From Lingula anatina (Eukaryota > Animalia > Brachiopoda), in assembly GCA_051362555.1 (NCBI GenBank), contig CM120648.1:10536587-10600586 (forward strand): a DNA stretch of 64,000 bases, given 5' to 3'. Positions 37,228 through 52,275 of this stretch are shown piece after piece; position 1 is the stretch's first letter; every line of letters begins with the position of its first letter. The notes beneath the pieces are model-generated. The model was given only the letters and a program-made list of their open reading frames with translations, was not told the origin of the DNA and did not search any database. The position numbers and the translations under genes are program-made.

Positions 37228-40043
37228 ACTGCCATTTACTGATAGACAGTGACGTTAATTTCTCCTCGCAAAGGAAACAACAATATTTCTATTTTGCACC
37301 TAATTCCGGATTTAATGCCTCAGCTGCAGGCGTTGCAGGGTATTGTATAGCAGCAAACATATGAAGGTAAAAACATTTATAACTTAAATTTTTATCACTA
37401 CTTTTAGGATAAAAAATAACAGCTATGATGACACATTTCTTCGTCAACTTCACCTCCATCGAGCTCCAATGTAAAAAATTGAAACACGTTTGGGGGCATT
37501 CCGAGATCGCAGACCCTCGCCAAGACAAAGGAAAATAATACATGTAATAAAACTAATATTTGGAAATCTTAAAAAATTATCTGGAAACCGGATTTAAAAG
37601 ACCCCTCACTGTAACTCCGCCAGGTACCATATGACCAGAGACAAGAGAAAAAATTGCTATGGGGAGAGACACGCGCCATTCGACATTCACTTCATTTAAA
37701 TTATATCCTTAATTGAGTCAAATCTTTCCCGGGTGCTTTTAAAAGCCGATCAATTTGATAATAACGTTTTGACAAACATTTATTTTCATTTAAACTGCCT
37801 TGGAACACAAATGAAAAATAACGTCATGTGACACTGCTCAAAGGAGATATCTTGTAATAAGAAAAATGCACAAATGGCGTGTCTTTTGAGGCCTTATGTC
37901 TCGAGGTGTGTCACAAGGTCTTTCTTACGACACCAGTTGTGGTTCAGATGTCTGGGTCAAACACCGGTGAGCGAACGCAGCGTAACTCCTTAAGGCCCCG
38001 TTATCATCTATTAAGTCCCATGTAACACAAAGAAAAAAAATTCACAGGTAACCAGGAAGGAACTGCTGGTAACACTGGATGATTAGGGTGTAACTTTCTC
38101 ACGTGGCTTGGCCCTATCCCGCTGTTTGCACTGTACAAAGAACGCCCGCAAGAGATCGCTGCAGTCGCTATAGGCAATCAGCCGAACATAAGTAATTTGG
38201 TTAGGTAAAATGATTCTTAAATTAAAGATTCTAAAATTTAAGATTAAAATTTTTGCCTTCTTTAACTCAAGATTAATCCAATAGAAGTAGTTCAATTAGA
38301 CAAAAATTGGACCTGTTTTATAACTAAAAAGAAAGTAAGTAAAAAAGAAAGAATCAAAGTTTCATATCAAAACGTGCATCATTTAAGTGGAGTACACTGA
38401 ATTTCACTTGATCTGAGCAGATTTTTGGTTTAAAAGTTATTTTTTTAAATCCGTTCCAGGGCATTGCGTATTTCTAATGGCCTCCCGTTCCTTCAATAAC
38501 TGATACAATTGGCACTTGAATTCCCCACAAAGCGTTCCCTAAGCCAATTTGCTTCATTTTCTAAATCGGGCCGAGGAAACCGAAGTGTGCGTGACAATCG
38601 CCCACAGCGATGCCGCAGTTGGACATCATTTCGAAATAGAGACGCCAAGTACCTCTTCAAAGTTTTTAACTTTCGGAGACAGAATGGAAGTTGCCCAACC
38701 AAGTAGTCAACAAATCCCTGACAGCGGTCCTTCAGCAATGACTTTTCCAATTCTATTTACCAGTTGTTTGCTGACAACGAGCTTTGTTATTCAGTATATA
38801 CTTTCAGAGAGCGCCCAATACCATGAATTCCACAAATGTATATATGCTTTATTCATACTTTCTGCACCAGACTGAGCTGGTGAAAATGTACAGAGATAAA
38901 GTAATAGTAACAATAAAAATAATGATATTAATAATAATAATAAAATACATAGATGAATAGCACCAAAATTACATATATAGAAATGTACCATTATTATACA
39001 TATGTATTCAGTATTTCATAATCATAAGCTAGGTGCGGTCTCAATGCCGAGTCAACTGCCCACAGCACTATCATACGCTGGCATCACACTACAAGTATTG
39101 TATACATGACTAAGATATAGACACGTGTACCGATTGCAATGATTCCAATGAAATATGAACTATATCATTATGTATTTTCCTTTAATACTTTGGGTTATGA
39201 ATGTAGCTCAATTATGGTTTCATCATGTTTCCTTTTTTGTAGAAAAAGTGTGTATCACCTCCAACAAATTAATACATAGATACATAAAAGAAAAAACACA
39301 TTATTATTATTATTATTATTTTTAATATAATTATTATTCTGCTTTTCAAAAATCAGTGAAGGTTCCGAAACACGGCAGCATTCAGGACAAAGAATCACTC
39401 TGTTGGCAAACAGATGGTTATGTATTAACAAAAGTTACAACTGAATAAGGACAGGAAAGTTCTTAAAGCCATTTACAGTCAACAACTTTTATTATGTCTG
39501 TAAAAGTTAAAAGGGTTGAAGAGGACTTAAGCGTCCTTCTTGCGAGAAAGCATCCCACGGCGGGGACACTGCGCGCATATGTCACTCGCGCTGTCGTTTC
39601 CTCGGTCCTTTTCAAATCTTGAGCGAAAATTGGATTAGTAAACGGTGGGCAGAAATTTCAAGTGCCACTTGGGCAGCTTTGCAAAGAAAAGCTGCGATTC
39701 GGAGGCTCGAAATCTCTGGGCGGGCCACTAACGACCGTATCGCGTCTTATTTCACTAATGGCTAGCACAGCGGGATCGTGCCGCGACACGTGGGAAAGAG
39801 ACCGAAGGTTTCTCGAGTTTCCGAAAGTCTTGCCACTTTCCTGATTACCTGTGAATTGTTTTCTTTTGTGTCACAAGTGGCTTAAGTGTTGTCAACAGGG
39901 GTCTTGGGGTGTCAACAGCGTTCCTTCGCCAGTTAAACGAAGAGAGCTTTGGGAAGAAAAACGTGAAAAACAACAAAGCAAGTGAACCAAATTTGAAATA
40001 GGAACCTGATTTAATCAAATTACTTTTATTTTCTAATACACTG

Positions 40044-40083
<40 letters not shown>

Positions 40084-41358
40084 TTACCTCGCATTTTCAA
40101 AACCTTTCTTAAGATATCAAGGCAAACCATATTCAAATCCTTTGACATTCCGTTAAGTATTTACTGAAGATGACTACTAGGGTTTATCTTGAAGAGACAT
40201 AATTTTTCACCTCTCTTTCTATGCAGCCAGTACAATGGGTGTGTTTCGCGGAAGATATTCAGCCGGAAGTAGGACTGAACATTGAGAACATAATTTTTTC
40301 CCACTTTCACAAATGAAAAAAAAAAAAAAATCAATAGAATCAACCTAAATTATGATAAATGTCGCGACCGTTTTACAACGAGAAAGGCGCTGTCTATCTA
40401 TAAAAATCAATACTGTCGTGATTTAATTAAACTTTTTATTTATTTATTTATTTATTTTTTTTTTTTTGGGGGGGGGGGCAGAATTTGTCTAGAACATCGG
40501 GCTATAGTTCTTTTTGAAAAGGGCACAGGGCTCAGCGATTGCGACAGGTGAGAAGTCACAACCACAATCACCACACACCTTCGAGTTCAGTTAGTGCAAG
40601 CAAGTATAAGCTTTTAACTTAAAGAGGTAGCAAAGGGTTTAAAAAAGGTTTTCTCCAATAGTTAAATCTCTTTTTAATATAAAACAATAATTTTACCTCT
40701 TTCTTTTAGCTTTTTTTTATTTTTGCCTGTGCCATTTTGTTAACTTGACCTTTCTTTTACCCAAGACGGTAAAACAATTCAGCGTTTTATGTGTTTAAAA
40801 TGGTTGAATAAACTTTATAATTATCATTATCAATCTCAATTTGCAATAATCTCAAAAAACAAACTACAGATAACAATAAAATATAGTTTGTTATTCTGTA
40901 TATGAAATACAGTGAGATTTCACCTCCTGATTAATAAAAATATCTCACAAAACAGCTGCAACAAAACTGCCTTTATGCATATCTCATAGTCTTTCTGCAC
41001 TGCAAGAAACTGTAATAAATTACCAGCTAAAATCCTCGCTTGAGATAACAATTAAAGATACATAAATAAACTTGTGCAATAAAATGAGATAAAGTTTTGA
41101 ACAAACCAACAGTCTTCAAGTATACTTGATGGTCCCTAAAACCCATTATAACCAATTAGTTTAATGCATATAGCTGCCATTAATTTAAAAGTCAAGTTTC
41201 TTGAAATAACATACCAAGGCAGAGAATAGTTCCTCTGGAATTCTCAATACACTGGCTTACTGTCTTATTTTCTAAACCAGGAATCTTAAGTGACAAATAT
41301 TTGCAATTTCCATGATTCCATGATTCTGACTGTTTCCATTAGCTTTCCATGAGGTGTT

Positions 41359-41393
<35 letters not shown>

Positions 41394-41470
41394 GTGTGAT
41401 TGTAAGAATCCTGATGTGAGCAATCTTAAACCCAGACAAATCAACACCCAATTCCTATTCCAGTAAACAT

Positions 41471-43197
<1,727 letters not shown>

Positions 43198-43439
43198 TTC
43201 TACATTTTGCGTCGATAGATGGCACAAAAAACAAGACATCACGAGCGTATTTACTTCCCAATTCACTTTCAGATTTTTTATTTTACCTATGCATTTTCAT
43301 CTAACACATTGAGATTGTATTTGTTTGTTAAAAGATTAAGTAGTGAGATCTTTCAAAAGTAAGTTTTTGACACTCAATAAAAACTGTTTGGCTTGTCATG
43401 GTTTGCGCCATCTTTCTTTGGGTGAAATAGTTTCGTGCA
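43198..43439. promoter_or_regulatory. Bidirectional promoter TTC36/SZRD1
   Basis: Divergent ATGs about 240 bp apart; YY1-type GCGCCATCTT near 43405. Confidence 0.65.
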
Positions 43440-46400
43440 ATGGCAGAGGAAGAAGATGTTCTTGATAGTTGGGAAGATCTAGGAGATAATGAGGTAAAGT
43501 GACTTAATATTTCTTGAGATTAATAAGCGTCGGTAGGAGAGAGTATCTAGTCGATCTTTTCTAAGATTGAAAATAATTCTCATAGACTTCTTGTCAAGCG
43601 AATAGAGGGTTTATCTTACGCAAGTTTCGGATTGTCATTGTGGATTTGCCTTTTCACCATCACTCATCAGATTGAACGAAGAGGATCTTGCTATTCTGCT
43701 ATCCTACAAACAACCACTTATCCTCCTATATCAGCTTACCAGCTGTGTTACTGATGAGTTTATCTGAAAATTTACAAGTAGACAGAAGTTTAAATCAATT
43801 TCCTGGCACTGGGAGCTATTGAAATTTACATACAATTTTTACATATCGTTGTTCAACGCTTATCTCTGTGACCAGAAACCATCCATTTTGTGCTACCATA
43901 TTTACAATTCATAAGTTGGCTCTGATGACCGTTTGTGGCTACAAAGTAGGGCAAAGGGTGGCTTCTAGCACTCTCCATTTTTGCTTACTATGTATTTCTT
44001 GTTTTTTGTTGTTTTTTTTTTTTGGTAATTTTCTCTTATTTAGTCAGTGTAATGGAGTTAATTTTTTCATGTTATTGGTTTTTAGGAGGCTATAGATAAA
44101 AAGATAGAGAAGATGAAAACAAAAATAAAGGCTGATGAAAGTATACGAAATCGGTAAGTTTTGAGAAAATTGTGTGGTTGTCTTAAATTCAGGATATATT
44201 GCAAGTATTGGTAATATAATTCTATCATAGTTTACTCAGTTTGATGAGAAAATTTAATAAGAATGTAGTATAAAGCAGTTTTGTTGAACCAGTGACTAAG
44301 GTGATTTTGTAAATCCATACTTAAAGTATTATTTTAAATAAATAGATAAAAAAAAAATTTACATGATGCTCAAATTTAACAATGAAATTTAAAATTATTG
44401 TATTTCATCTTGTGATACAGAAAACTAAAAAAATCCCCAGGGCCAGATGAAATATCTGATGATCAGGACACTATGTCGAATAACATTAAGAGCATGGAAA
44501 CCTGGTCATTGGTATTACATTGGTTTATCTGATACATAATGATATATATCTTTCTGTTGTAGTGATGCTGATGATTTTACTATACCCAAGCTAGAAGAAG
44601 ACACTGTTAGAACGCAATATCAGCCAGCAGTTAGAATATTAAAACGGAACCCTAACCCAGCAGAGACTCAGGCAAATGGAAGTGCAAATAGGTACTGTAG
44701 TTTAAAGCCCCATTCACACCTACATGGTTAATCGAGATTAAGGGAATCGCGATTCTAACGCGCTTAGCTAAATTCACTTTTTTGCGTTCACACATGTAAA
44801 AACGAAATCGCGATTTACCTTGCTAGATCTGGTAATTGCAACTGCGCTCGCTAGGGGAGTCGCAGTATATCCTGTTGATCATGCGCAGTAGCTAACTTCA
44901 AGACCATGCTTTCGGTGTGTACGGTGTTATTTTCTGTTTAATACTCTCATCGGCCCAAATATTTAGTTATGCTGCCACTGAGTTTTCAGACCAGTACATC
45001 CTTTTGGCCATTTTGCTGACTGCGAAGAAACTTGAAATTGCGTGGACAGTTTGTTTTCTTTCACTTTCCAGTCGGCGAATAGCTGTATTTAGCTAATGTT
45101 TCGTTTCAATTTATACCCGACATGAAATAAAATTTATTGTATTGTATTGTATTGTACTTTCGATAGAAACTGTGCACGCGCCTTAAGACCTCAACTTCCG
45201 GTGTTAACATCGATCCCGTTCTCACTAGGAAATTTTATATCGCGATTTAAGTTTACATCGATAGAATCCACCTCTCGAGTAGGATTAATTTGAATCGTGA
45301 TTTGGTGTCTCTACTGCGGTCACACTAGAAGCTTTACATCGATAGAATCGCGATTTGGCACTAATCGCGATTGAAAGTGTCTCGTGTGGATGGGGTAAAA
45401 AATGATTTAAATTCAAAAAGCGCATTCAGAACAGATGATCAACAGACTAACTGATCTGGGGACTAAATATGTCTGACCCTACATAAAAGAAGAGCAGACT
45501 AATCCGATAAATGTATTAAATCTCAGGTTTAACTGCTAGGCCCCTGCAGGGACGGTGTGTGGAGAGGCGGGGAGAACATCAGCTGATTAGTCCGCTCTGC
45601 GTCATTGTTAATTGGCCATATTTGATCTGTGGATATGTTAGTCTGCAGATCAACTTGTTCTAAATGCCTTCATAGTTCCTGGTAGTCCACGATTTTAAAG
45701 TGTCTTTGTATTTTTTTTTTATAAACCTGAAAGGTGTAAAGTACTAAAGGTAGAAACACCTATTGGTGTATTTATTCAGAGGGCAGGTTCACCTGTAATT
45801 TGTCAACATGGATGAGACTACAGTTACCGAAGAAAGTTAAGGATTCATTACTTTTGATAAGACATTTAGTTGATGAACTATTACTGATAAACCATAAATC
45901 ACCCTTCTAAAATAATTTTTGTAGTGTTGCTTAAAACTGAGGTAGTCACTTAAAATTTTTTTTTCATTGTGTAGAGATGCCAAACCAATGAAGACTTTAG
46001 AGCAACGAGAAGCAGAATACGCAGAGGTCAGAGCCAGGATATTTGGGACTGACGGTGGATCAGGAGATGGGGACACGAGCACTGTGGAATTGGAGCGGTA
46101 AGGTTTTAACATAAATACCAATATATTTACAGTATGTTGTATCATTTTTATGGGTGCTCCATATTCCCTGGGTGGAGTGGGGTCTTTGTCTTATTTTTCT
46201 CTTTAATATCATATTTGATGTGGCATGTGCCAGTAAACTTGCTGTCACTACAGTTTTATACTAAAAAGACTAATATATTTAAAAAAGAATTTGGGGTATA
46301 AAAAAATCAGGAGCGTGAGGATAAAAGATGAGGCTGAAACAAGAAGTCTTCTGATTGCAGTCATTCAGAAATTCCCTCTAGATACAATACAAGGTTGAGG

Positions 46401-46907
46401 ATAAGAATGATGTGAATTTTTCTTCAGTCAACAGCTAATATTGAGATAGGTTTTACCTCCAATATAGCTGTTGACTGAAGAAAAATTCACATCATTCTTA
46501 TAATTTAACACAGCTGATGAAATTCTTCTCTAAGGTTGAGGATAGTTTCTTATAAGGACTTTTAAAAAAATAATTGAAGTTTGATAAATGATCTACATCA
46601 AGCTGGTATAAAGTCATGATATAGCTCTTTGATTCTTTAATTATCTAGATGTCAAAACTATATGTTAAAAAACATAAAATACAATTTATTTATGATGCAC
46701 TGATGCAGTTGTTAAAACAAATACACAATATTAAAAGTATTGAGTAAATATTTGATCTATAAATCTATAAAACCAAAAACGCCATATTTCTTCAGAGCCC
46801 CAAGACTTTTGGAGCACCAGATGAACAACGTCCGTCTCTCCGACAATGTGGTACTCAGGCAGCCAAAGGGTCCAGATGGGACGAAAGGATTTGGATCAAA
46901 GACATAG
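43440..46907 (+). CDS. SZRD1: SUZ RNA-binding domain-containing protein 1
   Basis: Exons 43440-43493, 44086-44153, 44563-44691, 45975-46097, 46796-46907: DVLDSWED, VRILKR, KTLEQREAEYAEVRARIFG, VLRQPKGPDGTKGF (SUZ and SUZ-C). Missed by the ORF track because the exons are short. Confidence 0.94.
44707..45395. mobile_element. PIF/Harbinger-like non-autonomous element in SZRD1 intron 3
   Basis: ccccattcacac...gtgtggatgggg inverted ends, repeated aatcgcgatt subterminal motifs, CpG-rich relative to the intron. Confidence 0.65.
45419..45671. mobile_element. Diverged MITE family B relative
   Basis: gcattcagaacag...cagactaac...ggccatatttgatctg...gttagtctg...tgttctaaatgc. Confidence 0.55.
46401..46501. 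repeat. Perfect 37-bp inverted repeat (hairpin)
   Basis: 46401-46437 is the exact reverse complement of 46465-46501. Confidence 0.9.
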
Positions 46908-47571
46908 TATACTGTGCTAAAATTTGATGGACTTTTATCAAAATGTTTCAAGATGATTTTGCAAGGATGTGAAGATCATGGGAAAAATGGTGGAGCAGCT
47001 TGAGAGAATAACTGACTCAGAGGCAGCTTTGATGATTTGAAAAATTAAGTCAATGTGGAAGATTTGTGAACTGTGAAAGATTGTTAGGGGCAGTTTTAAG
47101 GAATATTCTATCAAATATTGGATAGAATGTTCACATTTGTGTTAGTCAAAAAGGTTCCATTTAGTATTTAACTATATTTTACCTTATGACTGACAAACAA
47201 AACTTGCCCATTGGAACTGTCATTCCAATTGACCTTAAATGACCTAGAAGGTCAATGATCTGAATTGACACCCCCATAGGTCGTTAACCTCTGCCATCAC
47301 CACCAAGAGACAAACATTCTTGCCCGTTGTTTTGCTGATAATATTTTAAGGAGTGCGCAGTGACGAAAGTCTTGGATCCCATTGGAGCTTTTTCTTCTTT
47401 TTTTTTTGAAATGTGGTGTGACAGGAATGAATCCTTGTGTCCACCATGCTTATGAGCCCCTGTGCTTGTAAATGCTCCCTCCCAGTCCCCCCCCCCCCCC
47501 CCCCCCCCCAACTTCTTCAGCACTCCCTGTACCCTTATTGGCCATGGAAAACATGCTTACTTGCAAGTTGA

Positions 47572-47800
47572 TGCAACACAGCAACAAGATCAGTTAATTA
47601 AAATGATTTCGGACCCAAAGATAATATGTGCTTTGACACTTGCATGTTATAAGCATTATCACTGTTAGTATCAAAGTGCGAAATGTTTGCAGTTGATGCA
47701 ACACAGCAACAAAATAAATTACTGAATAATTTTGGACCCAAAGATATGTGTTTTGACACTTGCATGTATGTGTTTTGACACTTGCATGTTAAGAGCATTG
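47572..47800. repeat. Imperfect ~120-bp tandem duplication, probably in the SZRD1 3'UTR
   Basis: gttgatgcaacacagcaacaa...ggacccaaagata...tttgacacttgcatg occurs twice. Confidence 0.7.
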
Positions 47801-49253
47801 TCAGAGTGCAAAATGTATGTAGTCGAATTGGAAGCATTGTCAGTGGACAAAACTTTTAGAGCAGTTGTTGTGAAAAGATTGCAAAATATCAAAATTAGAT
47901 GGAAAAAGAATTGAAGTCTACTCCAGCTGGTTATTGCCCTGGTATCTTATGACATGTTTACATCAGAATTGTTTTAACCCTTCACCTGTCGTGAGCTATT
48001 AGGATTAAACCTGGAGCCAAGTTGAATAGGCTTTGTTTGTTTAAAATTAATCCGGTGTGAAGATTTTTTTTTGTGATGGTGAAGTTTTTTTAATCAAAAA
48101 AGGCATAATTTTATGCATCAGTAATTAACTTATTATTATTATTATTATTATTATTAAAATTCAACCCTCTAAAAATACTACTACAAATTTCTTTTCAAAA
48201 GAAAAAATGGAAGGTGAATATGTGTGGGATGATTTTAAGTATATGTTAAACACACAGCATGTTAAAAGAGAGAGTAAAACATCAGGATTTTAACCATTTC
48301 ATTTGTAGACGAAGATTTGTGTTACTTCCTTTCAGTGATAGAATATTAAGAATTCTATACTTCCCTTTGAAATATATGACAGAATCAAAATTGGTGAAGA
48401 TTGCAGATTATTTTGATACTTTGTGGCACTTTCTGTAAAATTTATAATAGGGAATGGGAAAAGCAGTGGTAGCATGGAGTAATACCAGCTTAAAACATTC
48501 TACAGGTGGGGTATGTTTGAAAGAAATTCATATTTTCAGAATATTTGATATATATAGGGGCAAATATGACACTAACCTTTGTTACTGGCTTTGAGTTTTT
48601 GATTTTACAGTTTGACCAATTTAAATCTGTATAATTTGGCCAATTTAAATTTGTATGATTTCACCATTTGGATTTTGTATAAATAACCCTATGGTATTCA
48701 TATATTTAGCACCATCTTCTTGTTCCTTGAATTGTTCAGTAGGTGAAAAGTGTGTTTTTTAATGTGAAAAATGGACGAGTTTATGCAGTTATTGCATCAT
48801 TGTTTCTTAGTAATGAAAATGTGTAGCAGTTGTCGTTGTCAAAGTAAATCAAGATAATGGTTGTAATGCTTTTGTCAGTCAAGCTGAAAATTATGTCATT
48901 ATCTTAACACAAAATCCTAAACTAAGCTTGCAATTACCTCACTGGTCATTTCTAAAAGGTGGTGCAGTGAAGAAGAAAACAAACAGTTGATGAAATGTGT
49001 CGCCATCTATTGATAAAAATTAAAACTAAGGTCAGCAGCCAACTGTGCAGACTATTTTGTAAGGCGGTGCCATAAAACCTGTAAGTGGAATGCTTTAAAA
49101 AGTTATTTTAGTTTAGTGTGAGCTGCTTTTGTGCAATAGCCGTCCATGTATGTTAGACCTACAGTTGTAGTGAATATGATAATTATATGGTACATATTTA
49201 CATAGAGTTCAACATCATTGAGATGAGAAAATATCCTTTTGGCCAAAATTTAG

Positions 49254-49397
49254 CAGGGATGGAAAATTTGTGTGCATTTGGTTAATTTCTTAATTTATTC
49301 ATTGATTTTTTTTTTTTTTTTTTTTTTGCAAGAGGTCAGAAAATTGTTGGATTTCATATACATTTTTTTCCCAAATTTGATACATTTTCCATCCCTA
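49254..49397. mobile_element. Small hAT-like MITE
   Basis: agggatggaaaat / attttccatccct inverted ends; no clear TSD. Confidence 0.45.
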
Positions 49398-50293
49398 GCT
49401 GTGAATATTTTATAGTAGTAAACAGTGCCTTATTTATGAAAACGAATCATTTCAGCATGATCCTTATACAATAGTGCAAAGAAAGAAGTGTTAATTATTC
49501 TTTCTGGAAATATCTTTCCTCTATACTGAAATTTGATTTAAACATTTTATTGGCATGTGTCCAAAGTATCCTTCTATTACACTTTTTAAGTAATATCCTA
49601 AAATCAGTGAATTATTTTTTCTTTGTTAAGAAATTTATGAAGTCGACCATTTTATTTGATTCACTTTCATTACCAAGTCAACATAGAATTTCTTTAAATT
49701 ATGTTGTACCTCTATCTTTTCTCACATTTTTATTCAAAATAAGTCATTGAAATAAAAAATAAATGCTTGTATTAAAAGTATGATTTCTACAAATGAAGAC
49801 TTTGTAGATACAATTATTAGCAATACAAGATTTATTCCATCCAAGACACTTATTGTTCCAAATTCCATAAAGTTGCCAGATTAGAAACAAAACTGAAATT
49901 GTATCAAATTTGGATAATATTTGACAAAAAATGTTATAAATCATAAAACTTAATATTAAAATTAATGTAATGGTGAAAAATTAAATGAAACAAATTAACA
50001 TTAAATTTTAAAATATTTTACTTGCCCCATCACCTAAGCATTTCATAATCAGCAATTTATTGAATTTTAAGAGTACAGTTAACCAAGGGTGCAGACACTT
50101 AATTAAAGGTATAAATTCCAATTAATTTGTAAAACATTTTAATTTTAATTAAAATGTTTAATACTTTTAATTAAAATTTATGTTAAAACATAAACATTGG
50201 TCCTTTGAAGTAAATTCTTTAAAACATTTGGTAACTTAATCATTTGTCTAAAAAGCACACTCCCCCTCCCCCCCCCCAAAAAAAAAATAAATA

Positions 50294-50354
<61 letters not shown>

Positions 50355-51093
50355 GTTGATGAGTATAAAATATTCCACTTGTAATAATTTCTCAAATTAA
50401 TTAAATTTACTGGAATTCTTATTAAATCTTTTTTGTACAGTAATTTCCAGTAACGTAGACATTTTGCTCAACTTCTGGATCAAAAATGAGCAGGACGCAA
50501 GTTTTAACAAAATCAAAGATTTTTAGAATGTAGCTACCAGTATCCTAAGTTTTGGAAATGACACAAAAAAGCGCCATCTCTTAAAATGATTCACAAATTC
50601 CTCCATATTGTAAGGGCAAACCAGTTCACTGCCATCAAGCCTGCATTCCATACATTCTACGCTTGTCTCCATTCTGTGAAATAGAGTTCCTAGGGAGGGC
50701 TCTTCTACATCCATGGATGAAATACTTAATTTCAAACAGTTTGTGATTTTATCTGGAATGTTATACTTTATAATGCCATACCCTAACTTTCCATAGGCTC
50801 TCTCTCATTTTAAGAATTAACTTATAACCCAAGAAAGTTACATAATTAAATCTCAACATCTAAAAAAGCAGTGTAGCACAAAACAGCATGTATAATAAAT
50901 AAACAACAAGGCATTACAGACGTCGACATCATGGTATTTGGTCTGACTAATTTCAGCTTCGGTCATTGCTCCACTCATCAAAATGTGATGCTTTTAAAAC
51001 AAATCAGCCACAAAAGCCTAACTTGGATATAGTGTTAAAAATAAATAAAGACCAGATCTAAGAGTTCAACTTAACATAAAACACTGCATCTTA

Positions 51094-51319
51094 GGGTGCT
51101 TTCCCAGAGATTTAGATCGATCTAAAGATTAAGTTTTAGATCGACCTAACTCCCTGGGGGTTCACGGTAAATTGCAGTCAGCCGAGCGGGCACCATAGTT
51201 AATTACCCTCTTACAGCTTTTAGTATACGGGACAGACGCTTAAGCCGGCCAAGCTGACAGTAATCTAGTGAGACTCCCCACAGGGATAGATCGATCTAAA
51301 AATCTATGGAAATGGGGTG
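51094..51319. mobile_element. MITE family A copy 3
   Basis: Aligns with 887-1087; flanked by TTA/TTA. Confidence 0.8.
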
Positions 51320-51322
51320 TTA

Positions 51323-51506
51323 GAGCGTGTTCAGAACAGCAAACTAACAGATCTGTGGATCAAAAACGGCAACCCACTCAAAAGCTAGCTTCTTAATTCC
51401 CGATTAGACACTGAATAGATTCCCGCTGGAAAAATGCTTCATGTATTCAGATGGGTCAGCCATATTTGATCTGCAGATCTCTTAGTTTGCTATTCTGAAT
51501 GTGCTC
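51323..51506. mobile_element. MITE family B copy
   Basis: gagcgtgttcagaacagcaaactaa...ttagtttgctattctgaatgtgctc, flanked by TTA/TTA. Confidence 0.75.
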
Positions 51507-51526
51507 TTAAATCATGTTTCAAACAT

Positions 51527-51760
51527 AAACTGGAAAGAAAAACCCTCAAAGATGTCAGACCTCCTCCAATAATTAACTAATAATTAACCATTGATTAAAT
51601 TAAAAGATCTTCACCAAAATCTTACCACTTTTCAGATTGCCCATTTGTGACTTATCCTGAAAAATTCCATCAAAATCCATCATTTTTTGAGTTAGGATAG
51701 TGATTAACAGAAAAGGAATCAAAGGTGACGACATAATGGCTTCCTTGGTAGAGGTAATAA
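51527..51760. mobile_element. Helentron/HINE-like copy
   Basis: cagacctcctcc...cctgaaaaattccatcaaaatc...tccttggtagaggtaataa; similar to 6073-6358. Confidence 0.55.
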
Positions 51761-51953
51761 ATATGTACATGCACCACAGAAAATCAATTTTTACAACTGT
51801 ATGACTGTGTAAATTAATTATCTATGACAACATTATTTCTGTGACAATTTAGTAATCTCAAGTTAGACAAAAAGATAATTCTGATATAATGTTTCAATTT
51901 TAGTGTGCCCTTTTACAGTATTTTTGCAAAAAATGTTACATGTTCACACTTAA

Positions 51954-52275
51954 AGGGATAATAACTCTTCGTATAAGATCTATATTTCACAATAAAAACA
52001 TTGTGAATAACTCATAGAAATATAATATATTCTGTTTTACCACAAAAACGGCAGTTACAGCTAATTTTCTGATTTCTGAGCTGTCTTTAGACCACTTGAC
52101 CTCGATTGATGGCAATACTCTGTTAAATAACAAAAAAACCAAACTTTTTAGAAAAAAAAACAGACACTAACTTTGAATGTAAAAATGGATTCATTAACCA
52201 TTGGTAAGTATCGGAAAATTGTTGTTTACTCCAGGAAAACTCATTTTTTGGCCGAAACGAAGAGTTATTATCCCT
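51954..52275. mobile_element. Kolobok-like non-autonomous element
   Basis: TTAA|agggatataactcttcgt...acgaagagttattatccct|TTAA: TTAA duplication with purine-purine termini. Confidence 0.7.

Noticed and set aside
39789-39817. Su(H) paired site (SPS)
   Set aside because: Second half-site TTCTCGAG is non-consensus and the spacer is about 13 nt instead of 15-17; kept only as a single CSL site.
41361-41392. Long poly(A) as a retrocopy tail
   Set aside because: No processed-gene body or TSD; it lies within a small caggaatctta...taagaatcctg inverted-end fragment downstream of TTC36.
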